Notes under the pieces: model-generated
The model's database searches: none
Told to the model about the DNA's origin: nothing
What the model saw: only the letters and a program-made list of their open reading frames with translations
Part shown: positions 10,134 through 18,674 of the stretch, one piece after another
How positions within the stretch are numbered: the first letter of the stretch is position 1
How the letters are laid out: each line of letters opens with the position of its first letter
Assembly (NCBI GenBank): GCA_039801565.1
Contig: JBDRUX010000010.1
Location: forward strand, 1-35,511
Direction: 5' to 3'
From: a candidate division WOR-3 bacterium
GTDB taxonomy: Bacteria; Hydrothermota; Tepidihabitantia; Tepidihabitantales; JAOUPE01
DNA: 35,511 nt
Translations under genes and position numbers: made by a program

Positions 10134-10889
10134 ATGAGAACCAATGCAAATAAACACCAATATTTATTATTACTATTTGCTACTTTGTTTTTATTGATTT
10201 CCTGCCATAGTTCGAAGCCGAAAGAAGAGCATCAGAAGCAACTGGTGGTATTTTGTGTGCTTTCGCCAAATTTATCAACCCAAACCGTGATTGTTGATAA
10301 GACCTATAGTATCACTGAGACAATAACTGATACAACCGGCATTTCGGGTGCCACGGTTTTAATCTTGGATAAAGAACTTCTTGATACGATTCGCTTTATT
10401 GAATCCGATACCCCAGGATTTTATCACGATGATACAAATACAAGATGGGTAAAACCTTTGGCGAGTTATCATCTCTTGGTTGCTTATGAAGGTGATACTG
10501 TTTTGGCAACAACTACGGTTCCTGATACCTTTCGAATTACAAAACCGATTGCTGGCGAAACCCTCCATACCAGTTCACTGCCAATTTTTACCTGGACAAA
10601 GAGTGAAGGCTCGAAGACTTATTTCATTGTCCCACTCCAAGCCGATACGACCGATACTTTGGGCTTTATTCTACCACTAATCACCACTGATACTTTTTTA
10701 GATATGAATCTTTACAAAGATGCCTATTTTGATAGTTCGGGATTTTATCAAATCAAGAATTTTGCCTTGGATGCGAATCGTTACCGATATGAAATCGGAC
10801 CACCAAGGATTGATACCTTAGGCGACGGTATTGGTCATTTCGGGTCAGAGACCTTTGATACAGTTAGAGTTTATATAATTAGGGATTGA
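10134..10889 (+). CDS. Outer-membrane lipoprotein, DUF4249-like partner of the TonB receptor
   Basis: Lipobox LLISC, QLVVFCVLSP, ISGATVLI, ATTTVP; ATG 1 nt after the receptor stop. Confidence 0.75.
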   Translation: MRTNANKHQYLLLLFATLFLLISCHSSKPKEEHQKQLVVFCVLSPNLSTQTVIVDKTYSITETITDTTGISGATVLILDKELLDTIRFIESDTPGFYHDDTNTRWVKPLASYHLLVAYEGDTVLATTTVPDTFRITKPIAGETLHTSSLPIFTWTKSEGSKTYFIVPLQADTTDTLGFILPLITTDTFLDMNLYKDAYFDSSGFYQIKNFALDANRYRYEIGPPRIDTLGDGIGHFGSETFDTVRVYIIRD

Positions 10890-10892
10890 AAA

Positions 10893-11915
10893 TTAATAGG
10901 CATTGCCCAATAAATTGATATTGCCAATTCGGACATTCTTTATCCCATATTTTTGGGCAACATCAATCGCTTGTTCGGCATGCTTCTTTGAAGTTGTTGG
11001 TAAATCAGTCATATAAAATTGAGGATGAAAGGCGAGTAATGCCCAAGGAATATTCGGATTAAGGTCAGCAATAAATTTAGCCATATTTTCTAATTCATCT
11101 TTATCAATATAGCCAGGAACTAATAGTGTGGAAAGAACTAATATTGGTATTTCCGGTCGTTTATCAAAATAGGTAGCAGCTAATTTGATGTTCTTTAGTG
11201 TTTGCTGATTAGAAACACCACATAGGGCATAACTTAATTCTTCAGAAAATGTCTTAAAATCAATCTTCAAGATGCCATTGCTTTTTAAAGACAACTCAAC
11301 CATCCGTTCTAAAAGTTTCGGATTCATACCGCCATTGGTCTCCCAACAGATTCGAAAATTTTTTCTTTGTTTTAGGATTTGATTACTGAGATTTAGCGCA
11401 AAAGGTAAACTTGGTGTCGGGTCGCCACCAAAATAGCATATGCAAGTTGTCTTTTCATCTATTGAAGATAAAATCTCTTTAACTTCAACTTTACGCTTCT
11501 TTGGGTTCTTAAAATGCCAATTTTGGCAAAAAAGGCAATTAAAGGTGCAGGAACGGAAAAAGACTGCCAAGTTTTTATAACCGTATTCATTTTTACCAAG
11601 ACAGACCCAATCCGCTACACAGTTGGTCGGCAAGGGGTCGAAATAATAATCAAGATAGGCGTAAGCTGCCTTATGTTCAGTTTCACCACAATAACCAAAA
11701 GTATCATATCGGCACTGATTGAAACACAATCGGCACTTATGTTTGCCAGTATCGGGTGGTGTAAGTGGCAGGTCAAATTCCAGCCTTGACTCCTTATGAA
11801 TGATGTGAATTCGTGCTTGGTATTCATTAAATTTCTGCTTTATGCAATTAGCGCAGAAGCCTAAACTTTGGTTAATTGTGATAGAATCTTGATTACAACC
11901 GGCACATCTTGGCAC
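10893..11915 (-). CDS. Radical SAM protein (PFL-activase/AmmeMemoRadiSam-like group) with N-terminal Cys-rich region
   Basis: CTFNCLFC motif, DPLPTNCVADWVC, CYFGGDP, CWETNG, STLLVPGY; GTG start. Confidence 0.88.
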   Translation of the reverse strand: MPRCAGCNQDSITINQSLGFCANCIKQKFNEYQARIHIIHKESRLEFDLPLTPPDTGKHKCRLCFNQCRYDTFGYCGETEHKAAYAYLDYYFDPLPTNCVADWVCLGKNEYGYKNLAVFFRSCTFNCLFCQNWHFKNPKKRKVEVKEILSSIDEKTTCICYFGGDPTPSLPFALNLSNQILKQRKNFRICWETNGGMNPKLLERMVELSLKSNGILKIDFKTFSEELSYALCGVSNQQTLKNIKLAATYFDKRPEIPILVLSTLLVPGYIDKDELENMAKFIADLNPNIPWALLAFHPQFYMTDLPTTSKKHAEQAIDVAQKYGIKNVRIGNINLLGNAY

Positions 11916-11920
11916 AATTT

Positions 11921-11948
11921 ATTCTCTTTATAAAAACCCAAAAGTCAA
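11921..11948 (-). promoter_or_regulatory. Putative leaderless promoter of the radical SAM gene
   Basis: TTGACT (11948-11943), 16 nt, GAGAAT (11926-11921), 5 nt, GTG. Confidence 0.5.
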
Positions 11949-11995
11949 GTCCAAGATTGGATTCGGCAAAATATCATTAGCACTGATGATTTTGA

Positions 11996-12023
11996 TTGAC
12001 TTTGAAAATGGAAAAGTTAAACT
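11996..12023 (+). promoter_or_regulatory. Putative leaderless promoter of the AbiTii-like/NYN pair
   Basis: TTGACT (11996-12001), 16 nt, TAAACT (12018-12023), 6 nt, ATG; no SD. Confidence 0.65.
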
Positions 12024-12029
12024 TCAATT

Positions 12030-12977
12030 ATGGCGGAAAATCTGATTGGCGAAATTATTGAACTGGCACAAGAAATCCTCACCGAATGCAACAATCGTGA
12101 AGACCATGACCTTATCTCAATATTCCAAAAACTACTCCACCTGTCCCGAATGGTAAAAAATCGAAGTTATGAGTTATGGTCATTATCTGAACTTGAGGGT
12201 TATCAAAGCGAGACGGTCTTAAAGGAACTTCCCCAATTATCAAAAGAAGAGATGACCGAATACTATGCTTTAAGACGATTGCGTTCGTTTCCGGATGATT
12301 GTTTTTTAGCCCAACTCAAGGACCAATTTTTGGTTACCGGTGAACTGGTTGCTGAACCGGGTCGTGCTACCCTGACAATGCCTTTAAAAGAACTGGAGAT
12401 GAGTTATCTTACCGACCGGGAATATTACAAACAGACTTATTCAATGACCGCCCCTTTAAGTCTATCCCTACTTGAACGTGCTTTTACTCAAATGAAAAAC
12501 CGGGTTTATAGCTTTGCCTCGGAAATCTATTTGCGTTACCGGCTAACCCAAAATATCGCCGGAATCTTTGATGACAAATTAAACTCAGTCAATCAACGAT
12601 TGGCAAAGCTTTGCCCAAAGGTATTAAATCACTTAAACCAGGCATTAGAATTTAGAATCATTGACCGAAGCCAAGCGGTAAGTAATCTATCGGAAGCCTT
12701 AAAAGAATTCGCCGCGTTTTTATTACCAACCGAGAAAACCGAAGACTTTGAATTGTCCGACCAATTTTTTATCAACCGAATCTGTCGTTTTATGGAGGAG
12801 CGTTTCGCTAAAGAAAAGACGCCATTCCTTAAGGCTAATTATCGTTTTTTAATCAATCGGCTCGAGGCGATTTATCAAAGAATCAAATCCCCCAATCAAG
12901 TTGAATCATTGGAAGTTGAACCCCTTATCCTTCAGACCTATCTTTGGCTTGCCGATGCGCTCGATTTAATTCATTAA
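12030..12977 (+). CDS. AbiTii-like N-terminal domain protein with helical (HEPN-like, possibly inactive) C-terminal domain
   Basis: N-terminal pattern EIL...LISIFQKLLHLSRMV...ELWSLSELEGY matches the AbiTii W-x3-EL-x-GY signature. The C-terminus (RLAKLCP...SQAV...FINRI...NRLEAIY...LQTYLWLAD) resembles AbiTii-fused helical domains. Recognised by eye only. Confidence 0.6.
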   Translation: MAENLIGEIIELAQEILTECNNREDHDLISIFQKLLHLSRMVKNRSYELWSLSELEGYQSETVLKELPQLSKEEMTEYYALRRLRSFPDDCFLAQLKDQFLVTGELVAEPGRATLTMPLKELEMSYLTDREYYKQTYSMTAPLSLSLLERAFTQMKNRVYSFASEIYLRYRLTQNIAGIFDDKLNSVNQRLAKLCPKVLNHLNQALEFRIIDRSQAVSNLSEALKEFAAFLLPTEKTEDFELSDQFFINRICRFMEERFAKEKTPFLKANYRFLINRLEAIYQRIKSPNQVESLEVEPLILQTYLWLADALDLIH

Positions 12978-12987
12978 CGGATTTGTT

Positions 12988-14451
12988 ATGGAAATAAACA
13001 GATTCCGTCTTATCGGCACCGAAGGACTCAACTTCTTAATAACCGAGACCCTTTCCCGAAAAGAGATAACCAAGTGGTTAAATAATTATGGCGTTGCTTA
13101 TCCGGGACAACGGATTGATAAAATTCCAATTATGATCTTAACGGTTGATTTAGCCGAAGTGCTTCAGGAAGAGCCAACCAAAGAACTTAGCCACCATTTC
13201 GACCGGGCAAGTGAAGCTGAGATAGCTTTGGTTAAGCAACTCAGTAAAACCGAATTAAAAAATTTGCCGCAACGCACCCAAGAATTTATTGAAAATGAAC
13301 AGGTAGGAAAAATACTTTGGGCATTGGCTACTGACAGCAGACCCGAGGCGTTAAAACAGATTCCCAAAATTATCAATAAATCATTAAAGCTAATCCCTTC
13401 ACTTCTTGCCAGAACAAAAATTCGCTTCCAAGAGACCCCTGACCAAATGGAGGACGAAGGGACAACCGATAGAATTGAACAATTAGAAAAAGAACTGGCA
13501 CAAGAACAAGAGAAAGTCAATGCCCTAAAAAATGAACGGGAGAAATTGCGCCAAGAATTAGTAGTTTTGGGTCATAAGAAAGGCGAATTACAAAGAGAAA
13601 AAGAGAGTCTTATTCAAATCCAAAACCGACTCCAATCCGAAATTGCCACCCTCCGGAATGAGATTGCGCTTCGGCAACGCGATAAAGAGACAATTCGTGA
13701 GTTAGAAAAAGAGAATAAACGTCTCCACTATGAATTAGAAAAGATGAAAGATTTGAGCAATACCGATTCATTTTTGGCTCAGGTCACAAATCTATTAGAA
13801 AAAATTCATCGCGATTGGACACAATATCAAACGCAAAGTATGAAACAGACCCAAGAGATTTTAGTTAGTTTAAGAGAACTTGACCGGGAAATTAAAGGAA
13901 TGAAGCCATTCTTAACCCGATTGGATAAAACCAAAGAACCGAGCGAATTAAAACGGTCTCGGGTTGGACTATTTGTTGACACGCAGAATATCTTTTATGC
14001 GGCAAAAGACCTTTATCAGAATATCGTTGACTACGAAAAGTTAAAAAGTTATGTGATAAGAGACCGGATTTGTCATTCGGCAATCGCTTATGTTGTTGCG
14101 GCGCCCGATTTTAACCAGTCCGGATTTACCAATTATTTGACCCGACTCGGTTTTGAAGTCAAGACGCAACCTTTGATTGTGCGGGGCGATGGTTCTAAGA
14201 AAGGTGATGTGGATGTCAATATCGCGATTGATATCTTAGGAATGGCCGATAAATTTGATATTTTGGCATTGGTTAGCGGTGACGGCGATTTCGTTTCCCT
14301 CCTTAACCAATTAAAAGCCAAAGGGAAAAAAGTCGAAGTGTACAGTTTTCAGGAGACCACAAGTTTTCGCTTAAAAGAGGTCTGTGACGAGTTTTATCCA
14401 TTGGGTGAGGAGGTCCTGAGTTCAACGAAATCTACCCTGGGTGGCCAATAA
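12988..14451 (+). CDS. NYN (LabA/DUF88, PIN-like) RNase with long N-terminal extension and central coiled coil
   Basis: LFVDTQNI, KGDVDVNIAIDI, LVSGDGDF and CDEF catalytic Asp motifs intact; heptad E/K/Q/L-rich segment at about aa 160-300. Confidence 0.88.
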   Translation: MEINRFRLIGTEGLNFLITETLSRKEITKWLNNYGVAYPGQRIDKIPIMILTVDLAEVLQEEPTKELSHHFDRASEAEIALVKQLSKTELKNLPQRTQEFIENEQVGKILWALATDSRPEALKQIPKIINKSLKLIPSLLARTKIRFQETPDQMEDEGTTDRIEQLEKELAQEQEKVNALKNEREKLRQELVVLGHKKGELQREKESLIQIQNRLQSEIATLRNEIALRQRDKETIRELEKENKRLHYELEKMKDLSNTDSFLAQVTNLLEKIHRDWTQYQTQSMKQTQEILVSLRELDREIKGMKPFLTRLDKTKEPSELKRSRVGLFVDTQNIFYAAKDLYQNIVDYEKLKSYVIRDRICHSAIAYVVAAPDFNQSGFTNYLTRLGFEVKTQPLIVRGDGSKKGDVDVNIAIDILGMADKFDILALVSGDGDFVSLLNQLKAKGKKVEVYSFQETTSFRLKEVCDEFYPLGEEVLSSTKSTLGGQ

Positions 14452-14483
14452 TAGAGAAAGCCCAAAATCAGTAACATTTTAGA

Positions 14484-14675
14484 TTAAAAACTTGCCTGCC
14501 CACCAGTCGCCGAACCGGTTTATAAATCCAACTCGGTAGTCGTCTCGTCAACAACCTTACGAACTCGATTCCAAACCGCCTCAAAAATCAACCTACTAAC
14601 CAGACCTGAACTATCGCTTGTGGCAACCTACCTTGTTGGTTTAGGTCCTAACCCCGATACTGCCCCGCCTACCGT
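14484..14675. repeat. Degenerate 12-bp-period tandem array (consensus about YTYnnnAACnnn)
   Basis: Sixteen 12-mers from 14484: position 7 is A in the first 11 consecutive units, position 9 is a pyrimidine in 16/16, position 2 is a pyrimidine in 15/16. Confidence 0.55.
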
Positions 14676-14713
14676 ATAGGTGGTAGCCAGGGGCTAGCCC
14701 GAGCCTAGCCCCT
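14665..14713. other. Two adjacent GC-rich hairpins
   Basis: CCGCCTA-ccgta-TAGGTGG (14665-14683) and AGGGGCTAG-cccgagc-CTAGCCCCT (14689-14713). Confidence 0.5.
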
Positions 14714-14733
14714 AATGATATGTCAAGATCAAA

Positions 14734-14758
14734 TCTGTCTTGAGAAATCAATAACTTA
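14734..14758. repeat. 25-bp TAAGT-N15 box, copy 2, containing an exact IHF consensus
   Basis: Minus strand TAAGT tattgatttctcaag ACAGA; plus strand AATCAAtaacTTA. Confidence 0.45.
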
Positions 14759-14819
14759 CCTGAAACTTTAAAAAATTGAAATAAATACTTTAGAAAAATT
14801 AAAGGGTCTTTAGAAATAT

Positions 14820-14857
14820 TAAAGCGAAAGGGGCGGGGATAATCTCCCCGCCCCTTC
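14820..14857 (-). terminator. Rho-independent terminator of the protease operon
   Basis: 12-bp stem AAGGGGCGGGGA/TCCCCGCCCCTT with 5-nt loop, followed on the minus strand by TCGCTTTAATATTT; 13 nt after the stop. Confidence 0.8.
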
Positions 14858-14869
14858 TACCTCTTTGCT

Positions 14870-17800
14870 TTAACGCATTAGCACCGCTTTGGTTATGAGC
14901 TTTTCGTTATTCGTTCGCAACTCGTAGAAATAGATACCGTTAGCAACTTTTCTGCCTTTCTCGTCTCTGCCATCCCAGTTAAGGGTATAATAACCAGCCT
15001 TAAGATTGCCCGAAATTATTGTCTTAACCAAACGGCCTTGGATATCGTGAACCGTTAAAGAAACCGGACCGTCGTAGTTTATTCCGAACTGAATCTTGAG
15101 GTTTTTGTAGAATGGATTAGGATAAATCCGTAGCGATGTAACGATATCGGTCTTCAAAATAGCCGAAGGTTCTTGAGCGATACCTGGTTGAGGTGTTGGT
15201 GAGTCAGTGGTGTATTTTATTACCCGGCGCGGTCCAAAAGGTGCACAGCCACGATGGAGTGTATCATTGACTAAGGCACAGATTCCAATCTGATTGGTTG
15301 GGTCTTCGATGCCAATTGTGTTCGAGTTCCAACGATTTGCGGTCATATAATTTACTATAATTTCATTGTGACCATCCGCAGCTGCCAGCGTCGTATCATA
15401 TATGATGATTTGGAATTTATCCATAATCGTTGTCGCGCCAAAATAAGGCACACTGTCGTATTCAATGATGAACCGATGATTTGCTGCGTCATGATAATAA
15501 TAGACTCCACCAACGCCGCTATTGTTCGGGTATAAATCGTCCCAATTGGCACAGACCATTCCATTCGGATTAGTTGAAGTTGGGTCGGGTAGCCGGCGAT
15601 TAGAATAAGCAGTGGCAGTTTGATAACCCGGTGCAATCCAACCATTAGAGCAGATTGAGAGTTGCGTATACCGGGTATTATAGAATTTCCAAGGACCAAA
15701 AGAAGCCGGTAATGTGATTTGAACGGTCTGGTCATCGGATAAAGTTAGTCTTGTGCCAATAGTATTGATTTCAACCCACTCGTAGGTCGGATGCTCAATA
15801 TAGAAGGTGTCAACATCATCATAGGCATAATAAAGCGGTGGTTCGCGTGGTCCGTCCGGAATTGGGTCAATTGCAGTAATAACACCAACACCGATAACGA
15901 AGGTTCTAACTACTGAATAACCGCCTGCTGCGGTGATATATAAGGTACAAGGAATATTAGTTTCTGGCGGTATTAACGATGAAGCGGTAACCACAAATCG
16001 GTCACTATTGTTATTGCCCAAACTGTCAACTAAGATTGTGCCAAAAGTGCCAACTGAATCATTAACGGTCAGGCGAGAATCACCCGAACGCAAAATTGCT
16101 GAGACATCATAAGCATTGCCCCGTCCCAGATTGCGTAAGGTAACGATTAACTGTCCAGTCTCACCCGGGTCAAGTTTACCATTGGGCCGGGCTTGACCAG
16201 AATCATTAACCGCATTGGTAACATAACTAATAACTGGAGCGCCCACTGTGATAAAAATGTTGGAATCCCAGAATGAATCTTGGACATCCACACAGTGGAG
16301 AGTAAACCGTAAGGTATAAGCATTGGTGCAAGCAGTGCTAACTGTGAAGTTATAACCGGTAGTGCCGGTAAAGGCTGAATCGTGGGCTGGTACATCACCG
16401 AACGACTTAACCGAATCCGAGATAGTGATATTAGGGTCAGTGGTACGGAGATAACCAGTAACGCCATAGGCGTTTTCATCGCCGTGATTTTTAATCCAGG
16501 TTGGTAGATTGATGGTTTCACCTGGATTAACAATACCGTCACCATTGCCACCGGCTACATCATCAATGATATGACGCAGATAGGTAACATAGGGCTGACC
16601 AGTGACTCTTGCCAAGCAAGTGCCTTCAAAAGGTAGAATAGTATGACCGCTAACTGTGACATCAAATTCACCAACCGAAGTAGCATTGATTGATAAGGTA
16701 ACCTGGCCAAAGGCATTGGTATAGCCATAGACATAGAATTCATTGGATTTTCGAGCGCAGACCAAAGCCCCTTCAACTGGTGAACCACTGGCACTAACGG
16801 TTACGGTTAAATCATAAGGACCAAGCGGAACGGACGGTGGATAAGTAACATCAGGGGTTTGCGGTGTCCCGGTCCAGACTTCCATTGCCGGATCGCCTAA
16901 CCAGAAATAGGCACGGGCATTATCGGCACCGTAAGACCCGTGATAACGCACCATATGGGCGTTGCCAAGATTCAAAAGCCAGCCCAAGTCCCAGACCGGA
17001 GCATAGTAAGTCCTAACCCCTGGAATTACTAAGTCAACCGTATCACCGAGGCCGCGGTAAAGCATACTGTCAAGACCGTGATTGGGAATGGTATAAGAGT
17101 CAACACTTGCTCCGAGCGAAGCGACTGCACCACCTGGATATTTTCGCACCCAGGCTTCACCAATACACATTGGCGAATAAGTGATGACATGGTTACGGCA
17201 ACAGATATTATAAACGATTGGGGTTCGGTCACCATTGGTAAGGGCGTTAATATCACCGATATTCCAAGAACCGGTTGTTCCCCATTGCCACCATTCATCT
17301 TCATCACCGTGGCCACGATAATTCACTACATTCCTGCCTTCATTGATTGCCGCGGCAACCGCCGGATTTCCTACGAATTGTCCCATTAGCGTATCCATCG
17401 TAAACCGATAATAAGGATAGTTGTGGTTATAAATACCACGTTTGCAGGCAGAATATTTGTCAGGATATTGTTCGCTGTGAGCAACCAAGACTGATTTATT
17501 TAGCCAACCTTCCATTGGTGGGTTTTTGGAGTATTTGAGTACCTTACGGACCTGATTGGCTAAATCAGATGCATCAGCGCAAGAGAAACGACCAACACCA
17601 ATCTCAGCATATAAATCAAGGGTGGGACTTAAATCAGCAAACCAGTAATCGGAAATTGTGGTTGTGCCCCAGGTCCCGGTTGGCATTCGGTCAACATCAC
17701 CAACTAATAAAGCCCAGCGTAAGACCGGTGGACTATTGCGGTTATATTCAGCCCGAATTGAATCTTTCACCTCATTATAACCAGTCCATACTTTACTAAT

Positions 17801-18607
17801 GACCCTGGTCTCGATTCCTCGTTTGTTGTACCATTGGACAAGACTGTCAATCGCTTGGGTATAATCAGGATGGCAAAGGACTAAATAGCGAATACCAGGA
17901 TTATCAAGATAACGGACATCAAACAGTCCGGAAGCATAAAGGATGTCATAATTGGCAATCGTCTTCTTGTAGATTCTTGCTAACCAGGGTTCAATCGTTT
18001 TCTGCACTAAGCGACCATCGGTATAAGTGATTCTAACTTTTAGGTGATGATAGACTCTTAATTCTTTTCGCTTGGCATTATAAGCAAAGGGAATAATTTC
18101 CACATTTGCTAAATAAAGTTCTCGCCATTGGGCTTGGTGGGCAACAATAGCGTTTTCGCTTGGATAAAAGCGGTCTTGTTCATAAGCGGTTCGATTTATT
18201 GTAAAAGGCGGTTCTTGCCGTTCATCGGTCGTTGGTGGTTGAAAAGGATAAATTAGGATATTTTCCAAAGTCTTATATTCCGACTCGATGATTGATATCG
18301 AAACCTTGGCTTCATCCGGTATTCCAATAGTTCGGCAGATTTTTGGTAATTGGGGAAATCCGATATCCTGGGTTGTTCCAGGTTCGCCTGGAATTGAAAG
18401 AACCGTATAGGCAACACCGTCCACAATTTCGGTATTTTGTTCGATGCCGAAAAGGTCAATCTCCAAAATCGTTTCGAATTGGTTGGAACGCAAAAATTTC
18501 ATTTCCGGTGCAGTCGGTTTTGTTGTGTTACCAATCGGTAGCCAAGAACCTAATCCTAAGGTAAATCCCAGGATTATGGCTGATAAGGTCTTTGCTAACT
18601 GTTTCAT
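14870..18607 (-). CDS. Secreted gingipain-like C25 cysteine peptidase: propeptide, C25, Ig, 2x GNGDG..NPGE domains, shared ~220-aa domain, FlgD-Ig/T9SS-type CTD
   Basis: Signal peptide, GFPQLP propeptide, LLVGD, SDYWF, VGRF, His-Cys dyad NYRGHG...NICC, WLGDP, CTD YPNPF...WDGRDEKGRKVANGIYF; SD AAGGAGG. Confidence 0.9.
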   Translation of the reverse strand: MKQLAKTLSAIILGFTLGLGSWLPIGNTTKPTAPEMKFLRSNQFETILEIDLFGIEQNTEIVDGVAYTVLSIPGEPGTTQDIGFPQLPKICRTIGIPDEAKVSISIIESEYKTLENILIYPFQPPTTDERQEPPFTINRTAYEQDRFYPSENAIVAHQAQWRELYLANVEIIPFAYNAKRKELRVYHHLKVRITYTDGRLVQKTIEPWLARIYKKTIANYDILYASGLFDVRYLDNPGIRYLVLCHPDYTQAIDSLVQWYNKRGIETRVISKVWTGYNEVKDSIRAEYNRNSPPVLRWALLVGDVDRMPTGTWGTTTISDYWFADLSPTLDLYAEIGVGRFSCADASDLANQVRKVLKYSKNPPMEGWLNKSVLVAHSEQYPDKYSACKRGIYNHNYPYYRFTMDTLMGQFVGNPAVAAAINEGRNVVNYRGHGDEDEWWQWGTTGSWNIGDINALTNGDRTPIVYNICCRNHVITYSPMCIGEAWVRKYPGGAVASLGASVDSYTIPNHGLDSMLYRGLGDTVDLVIPGVRTYYAPVWDLGWLLNLGNAHMVRYHGSYGADNARAYFWLGDPAMEVWTGTPQTPDVTYPPSVPLGPYDLTVTVSASGSPVEGALVCARKSNEFYVYGYTNAFGQVTLSINATSVGEFDVTVSGHTILPFEGTCLARVTGQPYVTYLRHIIDDVAGGNGDGIVNPGETINLPTWIKNHGDENAYGVTGYLRTTDPNITISDSVKSFGDVPAHDSAFTGTTGYNFTVSTACTNAYTLRFTLHCVDVQDSFWDSNIFITVGAPVISYVTNAVNDSGQARPNGKLDPGETGQLIVTLRNLGRGNAYDVSAILRSGDSRLTVNDSVGTFGTILVDSLGNNNSDRFVVTASSLIPPETNIPCTLYITAAGGYSVVRTFVIGVGVITAIDPIPDGPREPPLYYAYDDVDTFYIEHPTYEWVEINTIGTRLTLSDDQTVQITLPASFGPWKFYNTRYTQLSICSNGWIAPGYQTATAYSNRRLPDPTSTNPNGMVCANWDDLYPNNSGVGGVYYYHDAANHRFIIEYDSVPYFGATTIMDKFQIIIYDTTLAAADGHNEIIVNYMTANRWNSNTIGIEDPTNQIGICALVNDTLHRGCAPFGPRRVIKYTTDSPTPQPGIAQEPSAILKTDIVTSLRIYPNPFYKNLKIQFGINYDGPVSLTVHDIQGRLVKTIISGNLKAGYYTLNWDGRDEKGRKVANGIYFYELRTNNEKLITKAVLMR

Positions 18608-18674
18608 CTTTGTTTGACCTCCTTTTTTATTTTATTTATCGGCTTTTGTTGTTTTGTTTTCAGTTTTCACCTCC

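Noticed and set aside
10890..10892. Missing terminator between the convergent lipoprotein and radical SAM genes
   Set aside because: Tight convergent ends are common in compact genomes
14484..14713. CRISPR array
   Set aside because: The period is 12 nt and degenerate, with no 25-40-nt identical repeats, no spacers and no cas genes
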